From positions 124,310,001-124,374,000 of the forward strand of contig NC_042997.1 in assembly GCF_006345805.1 (NCBI RefSeq): a DNA stretch of 64,000 nucleotides, in the 5' to 3' direction. This document shows, piece by piece, positions 29,455-42,919 of the stretch (positions within the stretch are counted from its first letter, which is position 1; the number at the start of each line of letters is the position of its first letter). The notes under the pieces are model-generated. The model was not told where the DNA came from. It did not search any database and saw only the letters and a program-made list of their open reading frames with translations. Position numbers and translations under genes: made by a program. This stretch comes from Octopus sinensis. Its lineage: Eukaryota.

Positions 29455-32400
29455 CTGTACATCAAAGCTAAGAAACCTCATTCATACTTTACAAATGTAA
29501 AAATCAAAGAAAAATCTAATATGAAATACGCTATTCAAGAATTAGCACCGTAAACACTTAGAAGTAGATACTTTGAATAAGAAAACACATTCAGTAGCAA
29601 TTACATTCCAAGAATGGTTGTATATTTTTTCGCAGAGTAACTGTAAAACCTGTTGAATGATGTTGAATGTAAAATTAATGAAGATTTTTACAGAAGCCTG
29701 TAAATAACTATTTCCCCTGGTCACTGATACGCGAAATCATATACATATGAACATATATGCATATATAGATGCTCACATGCACTTATACACACATGCATAT
29801 GTATACATACACATACGTGTGTGTGTGAATATATGTATATAGATATATACATATGCATGTATGTGTGTATGTACGTATGTGGAAGAACAACGAAATGTAG
29901 TTTGGAAGATAGTAAGTTATTCAGTAAGCAGTACCAATACTAAAAGCGGTTATAAATAAGATGCACCAAGGGTTTGTGCTTTATAATATTTATATATCTA
30001 CCAAATATAGATATTATCATATTATTCTCTCATGAGGAGTCGATAAGAAAATATATTTGTCTCATGCATGCCCAAATTGACTTACACATCATACACAATT
30101 GATATTGTATGATGAAACAATATAATATATTCCAATCTAGCGAAACTATTAGCAAGTAAACAACGTTCAGGTTTCAGATGTCCGAAAACTTAAAACTAAA
30201 ATATTAAGTAGCTAAAAAATTAAGCAGCCATTTTCTCTAGAGAACAATAGAAAATAGATACCAAGGATTCAGTGTGAAATATCTCTATTGTTTGGAAGGG
30301 AAGATTGTTGAGGAATAAAATCTAAAAGTAAGCACACAGTCAAAGATAATTATATTGACTGTGTTGAGATTATCTAGCTTCGCTCTGTAAATCCCATTAC
30401 TGAATTATCGTAATTATCAAACATGCAATCGAATAAATGAAATAAATAACCATTATTTCATACAAATACATTTTTACCTCAAAAATAGACTGAAAGTAGT
30501 TTTAAAGTTCTCTAAACATGTAAACCTTTATATCTAGCCAGTTTCTATGACCCATGATAGATTTCTCTGAAAGTTGAAACCTATTCTATTGTGAAATTAA
30601 TGTTAACGTCAGTGTCAATATTTTACTGGTATATATATTGTTTTCATTGACAACACTAAGATCTAAGTGTTAGCTATGGATTAGGAACTAATTTATTTGA
30701 TTGAAATAATACTTGGATATATATCCCTTGATCATATTTCATCAACCCAAGGAGATTAAATACCCGGAATGCAAATAAATATTGGCACACAAGTCGTGAA
30801 AACCTATATATTCCTCGCACATATTTGAACACCAGACGAAAAGTATACAAGGTTATCTCTAGACTACAACTAAATGTTGCCAAGCAATTAATAAGGAAGT
30901 GATTTTATCAGCTGAAATTTTTGGTTACTAAGTCCATCATTAACATACATCACCTAAATTTTATTTTTTTCCTTTCATTTTTTTCTTTATATATTTCTTG
31001 GTTTAGAGAAATCAGATTAGCTTAAGTCTACGTTTTCCTACTTCTTGTTTTATGAATATTGTTATATATAAAATTCATATATGCAATATCTTATTTTTCT
31101 TCAGATTTGGTTTTGCTTTACAGTGTATCAGAAATATGCTAGAGTTATATCAACTAGCCTGTTCTATAATCACAATATTTTTAGTAATTATTTTGATTAG
31201 CATGTTTTTTTAAACTATTTTATTACAGAATTAATTTTTAATTATGAAAGAACGAATTCGTGAATATAGTGTGTTCAAATATATTGTAATTTACGTGTGA
31301 GAGTAAGTGTAATTAAAATAAACTACATATTTAATTAAACGCAGATTCGTACAACAAAAAAACTATTTAGTTAGCATTCTTAATAATACATATGACATGG
31401 TAGTGTTTTAATTATCAACTACAGACTTTCAGAGAAGAAATTTGTAATTTGAGCTTGAAATTCACAATATGTAAAGTGCGTGAGCAGTATGTTTTACTAT
31501 GGTTATGTAAACATGTTTCATCGTTATTTAAGTACATTGCGTGTTAAAATGTTGCCGGGTGGACAAGTTTCTTTTTAATCAAACTGATCTTCATAAAATG
31601 ATACTAAATTACGTACTTAAGTTAATACACGTGTCTACTGAAAACTATCTAAACTTTTATTTATTGATTATTTGAGAAACGACTTCCTTGCTATCATTGT
31701 TTTCCATCACTTTTCACTCGAAACGTACCAGTAATATACAATGCTCTTTAGAAGAAGAGCGAGTTATTATAGCTTTGAAATATATAAGCAAACACATTCT
31801 TTTCATTTATTCAATTTAGCTCGTTATTCGGTCTTTTAGCTGTTTTCTCTCTTGATTATTCGTTTATATGTCCCTTATTTCTTCCCCTCTTTTGAAAATT
31901 TTCCTTACTTTCTTTTCCAATTTCCCATCTACACCTATCATCTAAAATCAGTCACCGGAATTTGTTTTTTAATTAGCTTTCTTATTTCATTATTATTTTT
32001 TGGCGTCTATTTTCCCACAGACACTTTAATCTCCACTGGTTTTATTTAAACGAAATTAAATCTCTCCATCTATTTAGCTTGAAAATTAATGAAAAATTAA
32101 ATGAAAACTCCGGATAGTAATTCACATATTGAATTATATTCAATAAATGCAAGATACTTAAAAAAAGTAAGACAATACTATTTGTTGAGCTTTTAAACTT
32201 GCCTATGCGGCATTCATTTCGTAAAGTTTTCGCACAACTGCTTTTTATGATCTACCTAACATCACTGCACAAACGAGTAGAATACAGAACACTACAATAG
32301 AAGCTATTTTTATAATCCCAAGTATAGTAGCGCACGAGTGCACTACTATATTTTTGCAGAAGTGTAGATTGAATAAATTAAACACGATCTGGATCACTAC

Positions 32401-32960
32401 TCGTCAAAATTCAGCTTTCATAATTTAAAGTATAGGATACATCTAATTCTTTGACTAAGATTTAAATAATGTAATAAGGATTATTTGTGTTCGATCATTA
32501 ACAAATTGTTATAGATAAACTGATGCCATCACTTCAAATATTGTATAGACTCAAGTATAAGTCTACACTCATGTGAATATATATGTATTCTTTTATACGT
32601 TTCAGCCTTGAGGCTGAGGCCTTGTTGGCCTTGCTTTCACTGTCCTGTTTTTGTCACCAATCTTGACACTCCGCAAGATCGCAAATTTTATTTAATTTGC
32701 TTTGAAGAAGAAACTGTTTTATCGAAAGCGTAGGCGTATCTTGTCGTGAATTGTTTAAAATATGGATTGGAAAAACAGCCGACAACTGATAAAAGGTCTT
32801 TCCTTATGTTGCTTTTCTTGTTTTCCATTTGCTTCTTTCGTTGGTTGCAAAAAGAAGCCCTTCGTACTTCGTATTTGTTGTTGTTTACGTTTTATGACGT
32901 CATATATGTATATGTATATAGGTATACATGTAAGAATGTACGTATACGTATGTATATATG

Positions 32961-33016
<56 letters not shown>

Positions 33017-33535
33017 GTGTGTATGTGTTTAGAAATATAGATAGGTATGTAGGTAGGTATTTTCGTAGCCGTGTGGGAGAATCACAAATTGTATTTAATT
33101 TTCTAACTTCTTAAAGCATCGCATTTTAAAATGTAGACATTACATCAAATCTTCCATAAAGTCATTGATACACACTGTTTATGCATAAAATATTTATTAA
33201 GTATTTAATCTAACGGCTGCGTTTTACACGTTATGCAAATTAATCATACACTTTCAATTAGCATTTAGTTTGTGTATGACTTAAATATAAGTAGCAAAGT
33301 TGTACTTTTTACTGGTAGAAATTTTGAAATTAGCACGCTTTCTAACGTGTTACAAATTCGATCTAATATGTATCAGTTATATTTATTGTTCTTCTGTGTG
33401 AAGAGAACACTAAAAATATAATTCTATAATTATAAATGTGTGTGTGTGTGAGCGTACATGTGTGTCCATACAATTATATATGTCTACATATGTATATATG
33501 TCTCTCTCTCACTCTCTCACACTCTCTCTCCTGTA

Positions 33536-33593
<58 letters not shown>

Positions 33594-33749
33594 AATATTT
33601 ATACAGAGAGAGAAAGAGGGAGGTAGAGAGAGAAGAAAGAGAGAAGGGGAAGAGAGATAAAATGAGAAAGACAGAAAAACAGCTGTATTGCATTACCTAT
33701 CTCATTCAACATAAACTTATTTGTCTCTACATCTATACGTGCATGTATG

Positions 33750-33829
<80 letters not shown>

Positions 33830-33903
33830 GTAAATATATATATACATACACGTATCTATCTATATATATACACATATATATATATATGTCATTATTATTA
33901 TTA

Positions 33904-33936
<33 letters not shown>

Positions 33937-35784
33937 TACTACTACTACTTCTATTATTTTTAAGTTTTACTCTTAAATGCTGTATTCTGCAATCTGGTTC
34001 TAATATTTCTGATACAATATTGGATTCCAAGAACTTCACTCCCAGTATGTTTTGCTTAGGTCCTTTCTCTTTTTATTGTTGTTGTCAGTCTTATGAGTGA
34101 GCACTGATTCAATCTTTGTGATCTGTAGTAAATTAAAACACATTGTTGCGAACAATTTAAATGCAATAGACATTTATGTCGAGTATCCTGTCAGATGTGA
34201 TGCCCATAGATATTCTCAGTTGTCCGTTTCAGAACACCTAGGTTAACCAGTACGTGCAGATGATGAGCATTATCTTATCATCCTGTACTCGACTTAGGGT
34301 GCTTTTCTAGATCCCAGATGGATTGAAACTCAGACATAAATGTCTGCGACTTTATTACGTAATGCAAATTAATTTACTCGCTAACGATTGTCAATTTACT
34401 GCTTCTATTATAAAACGGATTTTTACATCAGAGCGTCCAGCAACGATAGCTAATGTTACCTTTACTAGTCCTTCTCTATAATAAATAGTAGATTACTATT
34501 TTCACAATCTTTGCTTAAATCTGTCGCCTGTTTTAATGAAATATATGCTGTACGTAACGATACTAAACATCTGAAGCTTATTTCTTCTAGCTTCAGTCAT
34601 CTTCTTCATTATGAAATTTGATCGGCTGCTGCTTCTTTCGTTGTCGTACGTTACAACTTCCATTGTGATGCACACATGTACATATTAATGGAGGAAAGAT
34701 AGAAATGAAAGTCTTCCTTTATAAAGTTTTAATAAGTTGGTGTTTATGATATATGTTTTCAATATCTATGAGACATGTTGGGGGATTATATCTGTTGGTT
34801 TTCGGAATGAAATAGTACTGTGTGAAAGAAAAGTGAACCAGGAATTAAAGATAAAAACAAATCCTAAACAAGAACAGTTGCACTTGACAGTTTAGCATTT
34901 TATAACCGCGAAGGGCATCTCAGCATTTTAATACATACAGATGTAAAAAGGGGTTTCAGATATTGATATTTATTGTGGAGGAGTCTAAGAATGATAAGCA
35001 ATTTATACCAGAACTGCTGAGTTATTACCATGAGGACGGCAGACAAACCTCTTTGCGTTTAATTACGAAGAGGGATGAAAAATCTGCATTACAAGATTTT
35101 AGAGGAAGTAATTGCTGGTTCTGCATCGCAATAAATTATTAATTTCAGATACAGATTATCGACATGTAAAATATTGCATTTACATTGGAAATTATTGAAT
35201 TTGGATGGTTTTAGGTGATAAATAATAGTTTCGTTCACAGATATATGCGAGTACTTTACTTCAATCCACGTGACAATTTCGAGTATACTACAAATGACTA
35301 ACTATAATAGCCACCACTGTTCATGTCATTCTTCTTTCAATGTAGTGCATTTAAAATAAATGATATCGTTGTAAAATATACGAATGCAGATGCATTTATG
35401 CACTTGGTTCTCTTAATTTAAGATAGCATATCCTCTGCTAGTGTTGTACACAAGCAAAGTCAGCTAATATTTGCCATACTCAAATTTATACATGTGTGGA
35501 AACAGAAGCAGATAGAACCATTGATTGATACTTATACACTTATGCGAAAATGGTTTCATAATAAATATAGATATGAATGGATTCATGTATATGTATAAAT
35601 GGACCAGTATATTGCAGTATAAAAACACACAGAGGCACAAGCATTCGCACATACGCGCATCGACAAATGTACAAATGAGTGTGTATATACACACATAAAT
35701 ATTTTTATAGATACATACAAATATATATTTATATACACATATAAATACATATATACATATATATGTGATATATATACATACATA

Positions 35785-35830
<46 letters not shown>

Positions 35831-35853
35831 TATATTATATATATATATATATA

Positions 35854-35890
<37 letters not shown>

Positions 35891-36648
35891 CATATATACT
35901 ATATAGCATATATATGTATGTGATCGCATTAAGGCAGGAAGTCATTATACTAAAAAATGTGGACCAAACTAAATTATATATATATTTTAGGTTGACCCTC
36001 ACATAATCAACCACATCGCAATACACTTATATCTGCAGCATATCTGTATTTTGTTTTAGACAGTTCGTCACAAGTTACGGAGAAATGTTTACCTAAGTTC
36101 ACACACCCTACTGAAAAAGACTTACCGATAATTTCGAACAAATTTGACGAGTTAAAGAATAAAGAACTAAAGAATTAAATGAATTAAAAAGAGAAAATAA
36201 TGAAAAATACAAAAAATTAATAATGAAAAATGTACAAAGTTTTCAGTAAAACATTTCTAATTAAGTATGTATGTGTATACATCTCAATATATATGTATAT
36301 ATATATATCTATATGTATATGCAATTAAATTCACAAATAGGAGAAAAAATTCTCAATACAACGGTGGAGTGAAAATAAGCGCAGTAACAGGCTTCTCATC
36401 TTAATTGTAAAATAAATAATTTTATATAAAATTTAAATCATACAAAAATGTATATGCCACACATAGATACATGCACACACAAACACACACACACAAACAC
36501 ACACACACATATATACATCCACTCAATAATAGCCAGTTAAATTTTAAATGATTCTCTACAAGATGTATTGAGTACTTCTTCACCAGTTCAAGATAATCAA
36601 TATACATTATATACATAAATATATATACATATATACTTACATACACAC

Positions 36649-36695
<47 letters not shown>

Positions 36696-36719
36696 TGTGT
36701 GTGTGTGTGTATACATATA

Positions 36720-36791
<72 letters not shown>

Positions 36792-36853
36792 CACACATAC
36801 ATACATGTTTTAAATATATATCTATTTATAGTAACATATACACATATACGTCT

Positions 36854-36883
36854 TCAGATCTGAAGCTGCTTGTTTAACTGAAG
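36854..36883 (-). CDS. Candidate short terminal exon of the glutamate receptor (LQLNKQLQI*)
   Basis: Good minus-strand acceptor (tatatccatttactccctcag|CTT) about 1 kb downstream of the GC donor, in a unique island between AT arrays. In phase 0 it gives 9 codons and then TGA. No homology support. Confidence 0.3.
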   Translation of the reverse strand, partial: LQLNKQLQI

Positions 36884-37224
36884 CTGAGGGAGTAAATGGA
36901 TATATAAATGAGATAATATAGTGCATACATTATTATTTTAAAAATTAGTATATATATATATAGTTTTAACAAATTGAAATAATAGATAAAGATTATTTCC
37001 AAATAATAATCATCAAATTATCATGCTACCTTAATTATATGATCAACTATAACTACTTACATAAATGGCTATATATACATATGCGCCTGAGTGTGTTTGC
37101 ATGTGTGTATGTGTTTATCTATGTGTGTAAAAACATAGCTAAACTGTGCAAAATATACAAAGATATATTATATAAGTAAATATAATTTATAGTATCATCA
37201 TTTACTCTTATATACTCCACATCT

Positions 37225-37837
<613 letters not shown>

Positions 37838-37888
37838 GTGTAATTACGAAAATATCAGCATGTAATTTCTGGACTGCTCATAAAGATA

Positions 37889-37930
37889 TCATTTCTCAAA
37901 GAGAATTACTGGAACTTGTCTCCGACTTGC
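37889..37930 (-). CDS. Possible read-through C-terminal tail ASRRQVPVILFEK* if the GC donor is not used
   Basis: In-frame continuation of the M4 exon to the first stop; no transcript evidence. Confidence 0.35.
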   Translation of the reverse strand, partial: ASRRQVPVILFEK

Positions 37931-38071
37931 CTTGTTTTTTCTTGACCTCATTTTTGAATGAAATAAGTATTCCAAGAGAGCAACGAGCATAGCGGCTACC
38001 AGGCCCGCTATGAGGATATGAAATATTCCGGACACATTACTCAATCGAAGTGCACTGGTCTTTGAAGATTC
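37931..38071 (-). CDS. GRIA: AMPA-type ionotropic glutamate receptor, pre-M4/M4 exon
   Basis: Pyrimidine-rich acceptor ttctcattgcag|GAA, phase 0, matching the upstream exon. 141 nt = ESSKTSALRLSNVSGIFHILIAGLVAAMLVALLEYLFHSKMRSRKNK, homologous to GluA [33 protein letters not shown]. It ends at AAG|gcaagt (GC donor) or reads through to a TGA at 37889. Confidence 0.95.
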
Positions 38072-38467
38072 CTGCAATGAGAAGTTAAAAAGAATTAAAA
38101 TGGTTTAACGTTGATATACTTTTTTTTACTTTTCATAAATGTGGTATATATGTACGTTTATATGTATTTGTATTTCCTTTCGCCCATCTTATCTATCTAT
38201 ATCTTCTATCGTTGGTCTTTTACTGGTATCAGTAATTAGACTGCAGCTATGCTGTGATTTATCAGTCATCACTGTTGAACTTCGATTTTAAGCGAAACTA
38301 GATTAGTATGGTTATCTCGTTGGCTGTGTGGATGTCATATTCTTATCAGTGCATAGTTGTGTGTTTCGATGCGGTTGTAAGGGTTTTTTAACTCTCATTT
38401 CTAGCAATGTAGGTGGTACGATACACCATCAGTCACAATTAGTGACAAGTGAAATTTTCCTTTTGTT

Positions 38468-38525
<58 letters not shown>

Positions 38526-39015
38526 TATATGCTACCAACATTTTAGCCACTTTCTAAAGTCATATAATATTATGAAAATGGTTATATTTCTAGAAGGAAT
38601 CAGGTTCTGTCTATTGAAGTTGTTGGAGAATTATGCATGTATGTACTATATGTACTGTATATATGTAGCAAAAACTCACATACTTCTATATACGTATTTG
38701 TTTGTATAATCGTGTGTGATTTGCGGGTTGCTTATATTTCATGTTTTACCTGTCTATCCATCCCATCAGATCAATACACTTGTGACGAAAATATACTGCA
38801 GTAGAGCTAAGTATTGTTAATTCTCCAATAACATCAACAAAAACTCCACCTTGAAATTTTCTAGAAACATAACTCCATTCACAACTGTGTATGTGACTTT
38901 AAAACATGGTTGAAGTGTTGGTACCAAATTGTCTGCAAGTTGAATAATTATTTATGACTCATATTCTACATGTAATACGAATAAAAGCTTCCGACATCTA
39001 GGTCAAAATATCAAC

Positions 39016-39190
<175 letters not shown>

Positions 39191-39503
39191 ATTTGTATAC
39201 CTTGATAAAGTATCATTACTATTATTAAAAATTAATAATAATAATCATACATCGCTTCCTCAAACTAGGTATTTGTGCATAAAGAAACAGCAAATTAGTA
39301 ACAATGTTACACGCATTTTAATACACCATGTTTTTCTTTCCTCTTTATATGTAAGGTGGTTCTGTTAATTTTAATGGTGATACCTTTCAAGAGGTATTTA
39401 CTATACAAGTATACTCACAAAAGATCACAACAAATTCACCATATTTGCAAAGTATGGAACACTTCCACGGCTTATGTGTGAATAGATTACATGTGTGCGC
39501 GCG

Positions 39504-39568
<65 letters not shown>

Positions 39569-39602
39569 ATACATACATATATATAATATATATATGTATA
39601 TA

Positions 39603-40370
39603 TATCAGGTCAAAAATGAAACGACTGATTTTGAACTTAAAGTTTATTTAACTTTATCTCAACAAAAAGCAATGCAGTTAATCAAAGTATGCACCTAAAT
39701 TTTCAACACGATTTCACCATTTTACCGGTAGCTTATTTCTGTCGGTAGCAAAGAATTCTGGAGTGCAAGAGGTGATGAAATCACGAAAAACTGTTTTTGT
39801 ATCTTCAAATTTGAAGTTTTTGCTTTGCAAAAAGTTGTCTAGTGCATTGAAAACGTGATAGTCAGTTGGTGCAAGGTCTGGTGAACATGGCGGATGACAG
39901 AGTACTTCCAAGTTCATTTCCTCTATCTTGAATAGCATTCTTTGTGCAGCATGTGATCGAGCATTGTATTGCAAGAGAATTTGCCTATCTCTATTGACCA
40001 ATCTCGCACATCATTACATCCAATTGACATATACACCTGATGTTGTTGACTTAAGAGTTCTCATGAAGCTGTAGTGGATAACACTAGCGCTGGATCACCA
40101 AAAATATCCATTAGCTTTTTTGATGAATATTCTTTATTTAGATTGTGTTTTGGCACTTCTTCTCTATCCAACCATTGTGCCGAACATTATTCACCTTCGT
40201 CTCTAGCCTACTACGGGGCTGATCTTCAAGAATAAAGTCAGACCGGTACTTCTCCAATCATCGACGTCCAGTACGCTCATTCGCTACACCTTCACCAAAC
40301 ACCTGATTGATGTTTCGAACTCTTTGAGATTCAATTGTTCCACGACGGAATTCATATTCATAAAGGCAGA
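39603..40370 (-). mobile_element. Degenerate, internally deleted mariner (Tc1/mariner) DNA transposon
   Basis: The minus strand carries decayed transposase pieces: N-terminal EFRRGTIESQRVRNINQVFGEGVANERT, then AQWLDREEVPKH, and C-terminal HPPCSPDLAPTDYHVFNALDNFL (YSPDLAP-type motif). A terminus-like end (ta|tcaggtcaaaaatgaaa on +) lies near 39603. It has stops and frameshifts. Confidence 0.85.
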
Positions 40371-40417
40371 ATCGTGGTTGGTAAGCAAGCTACTTACCAC
40401 ACAGCCATTCCTGCTCG

Positions 40418-40476
<59 letters not shown>

Positions 40477-40509
40477 TTGTGTGTGTGTATGTATATATAT
40501 ATATTTTTT

Positions 40510-41026
40510 TATTTTATTTTAATTAGTTTCAGCTCACAAGCTGTGGCCATGCTGGGGCACCACCATTTGGTGTTGCTACATGATTTTACTTCACGAATGC
40601 TTTTTAGCAAATGCCATCTGGTGCATGAGAGAGTTCGATGCAGCTGCCCTCATCTGCACCTCCTGCCGTGAAGTTGGTTCATCTGGGACACCTGACAAGA
40701 AGAGATCCAGTTTCATTTTAAAGACATCTGCATCCACTCCATGCAGATCTCTTAGGTTTTTCGGGAGGATATTGAAGAGCTGTGGGACTCGGAAGCCCAT
40801 GTTATCACAATATCTTGTCCTACATCTTGATGGCAAATTTGGAGTCCTTGGCACCACGCAGTGGCACCCAGTTCTGGCATTTTTGTAACCCTCGATGTCA
40901 AAGTTTGGGACAAGTCCTTCTAGGATCTTCCAGATTTATATTATGGCATATCTTTCTCGCATACGCTCTAAGGAATAGAGTCTCAATCTCTTGAGTCTAT
41001 CCCAATAGCTTATATGCTGCACAGTG
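40510..41026 (-). mobile_element. 5'-truncated CR1/L2-like LINE 3' fragment (ORF2 C-terminus plus tail)
   Basis: Minus strand reads SYWDRLKRLRLYSLERMRERYAII*IWKILEGLVPNF...PQLFNILPKNLRDLHGVDADVFKMKLDLFLSGVPDEP, typical of the post-RT C-terminus of CR1-group LINEs. A 3' stem-loop and an A-rich tail follow. Confidence 0.85.
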
Positions 41027-41078
41027 GCAGCATATAAGCATATATATATAGATATGCTACCGACAGAAATAAGCTACC

Positions 41079-41305
41079 GGCGAGCTGGCAGAAGCGTTAG
41101 CGCGCCGGGCGAAATGCTTAGCGGTATTTCGTCTGCCGCTACGTTCTGAGTTCAAATTCCGTCGAGGTCGACTTTGCCTTTCATCCTTTCGGGGTCTATA
41201 AATAAAGTACCAGTTACGCACTGGGGTCGATGTAATCGACTTAATACCTATGTATGTCCTTGTTTGTCCCCTCTGTGTTTAGCCCCTTGTGGGTAGTAAA
41301 GAAAT
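41079..41305 (+). mobile_element. tRNA-derived SINE, family A, near full length
   Basis: ggcgagctggcagaagcgttagc...gttctgagttcaaattccgtcgaggtcgactttgcctttcatcc...gtgggtagtaaagaaat; at least five other copies occur in the window. Confidence 0.9.
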
Positions 41306-41337
41306 ATATATATATATAATATTCTTTTATTGTTTTA

Positions 41338-41518
41338 TTGTTTTATTTGTTTCAGTCATTTGACTGCGGCCACACTGGAGTACCGCCTTTAGTCGAAGAA
41401 ATCGACCACAGGACTTATTCTTTGTAAGCCTAATACTTATCCTATTCGATCTTTTGCCGAACCGCTAATTTACGGGGACGTAAACACACCTAGATCAGTT
41501 GTCAAGTGATGGTAGGAC

Positions 41519-41557
<39 letters not shown>

Positions 41558-41698
41558 TACACATGTCTACTTAATCCACACACAAGGCTTTGTTCGGTCC
41601 GAGGCTATAGAATACACTTGCCCAAGATGCTACGCGGAGCGACTAGACCCGGAACCATGTGGTTGGTAAGCCAGCGACTTACCACACAGCCACTCCTG
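41338..41698 (-). mobile_element. tRNA-derived SINE, family B, near full length
   Basis: Same head, internal (CA)n and tail as 22871-23252 and 48905-49365. Confidence 0.88.
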
Positions 41699-42919
41699 TT
41701 TGTGTGCATATGCATACAAAGAGAGATTGAAAGAGAGTGAAGGCGGGAGGTAAAAAGTGGGAGAGAGTGCTTGAATGTAAATGTGTATGTCAGTGGGAGG
41801 ACAAATATATGCGTGATGTCATGCCCAATTAGCCATAAAAAATTCTGCCGTTACACTTTCTCGTCAAGTATTCAGTATATCAATTGAATAAAATATCTAA
41901 AATGTTTACTTATTCTGTAGAAATATACAAGTTTATTTTATTTGCCCTTTTTATTAATATTCGGGCTTCAGGAATATGGCACTGTAATTTGCTGATTATT
42001 TCCTCATATTTTTTATGTATTATGTATATTTTCGTATTATTTCTTTCAGAAAATTTTAATTGCGTTTATTACACCGGAAACGTGAGGTGAATCGATAAGG
42101 AAAATTTAGTTTCTCCTATTTCTAAATATGCTAATATTTGCCAAAATTAATTCCTAATATGTATTGCCATCTTTGCTACAGTATGCAACTTCTCATCATC
42201 TGCATCATAGCAGAATTAAATTCCTTTCAGTTACTGAATTCAAATTATCGTTTTAGCGAAATCATTTTATCTCTATAATACACGATGAAGTAAATTTATC
42301 AAAAAATTGTGATTTATAAATAATCATGTTTATGTATGCATATATCTATATGAAAATGACGTATCTCTTTGCTGATATATTATTACATACACACACAAAG
42401 AGATGCGCGTGAGTATGTATATATACACGAGCGTGGGTGTATTAATATGTATATTTTATGGCTGTCTCTATAATTGTTGTACATTTTTAGGGAAATGCAA
42501 ACACATTTTGCATACGTTTTCAGAAACATGTAATTTCTGGTAAGCTCCAGAAAAAAGTTTTGAAACAATGCATCTCATGATATGAAATCATATTTATTTT
42601 TTCATGGATAATTTTTTTTTTCTAATATAATTCTGATGTCACCTTGGATGTATTATAGAGATCTGTACTAAATTACTACATGTTTTAACAAACACTGCTG
42701 GAATGATAAAAGAATTAAATCAAAATTCGAACTTAGAATGAAATGATACATAACAAAACAAGGCTGGTAGCGCTCAGCCATCTACTGGCTTTCTTTTTAG
42801 AACATGACGTTTCGGAATATATATCTGTGTGTGTGAGTGTGCGTGTGTGTATGGGTGTTGTATTTAACTACGATATACATACTGTTGACGAGTTGTTTTC
42901 TTTCTTTTAACTTTTCCCT

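Noticed and set aside
35049-35120. 72-nt phase 0/0 open segment (NQQLLPLKSCNADFSSLFVIKRKE) between gatgcag and gtttgt on minus
   Set aside because: Weak polypyrimidine tract, non-consensus donor and no homology. Such segments arise by chance; not excluded without RNA data.
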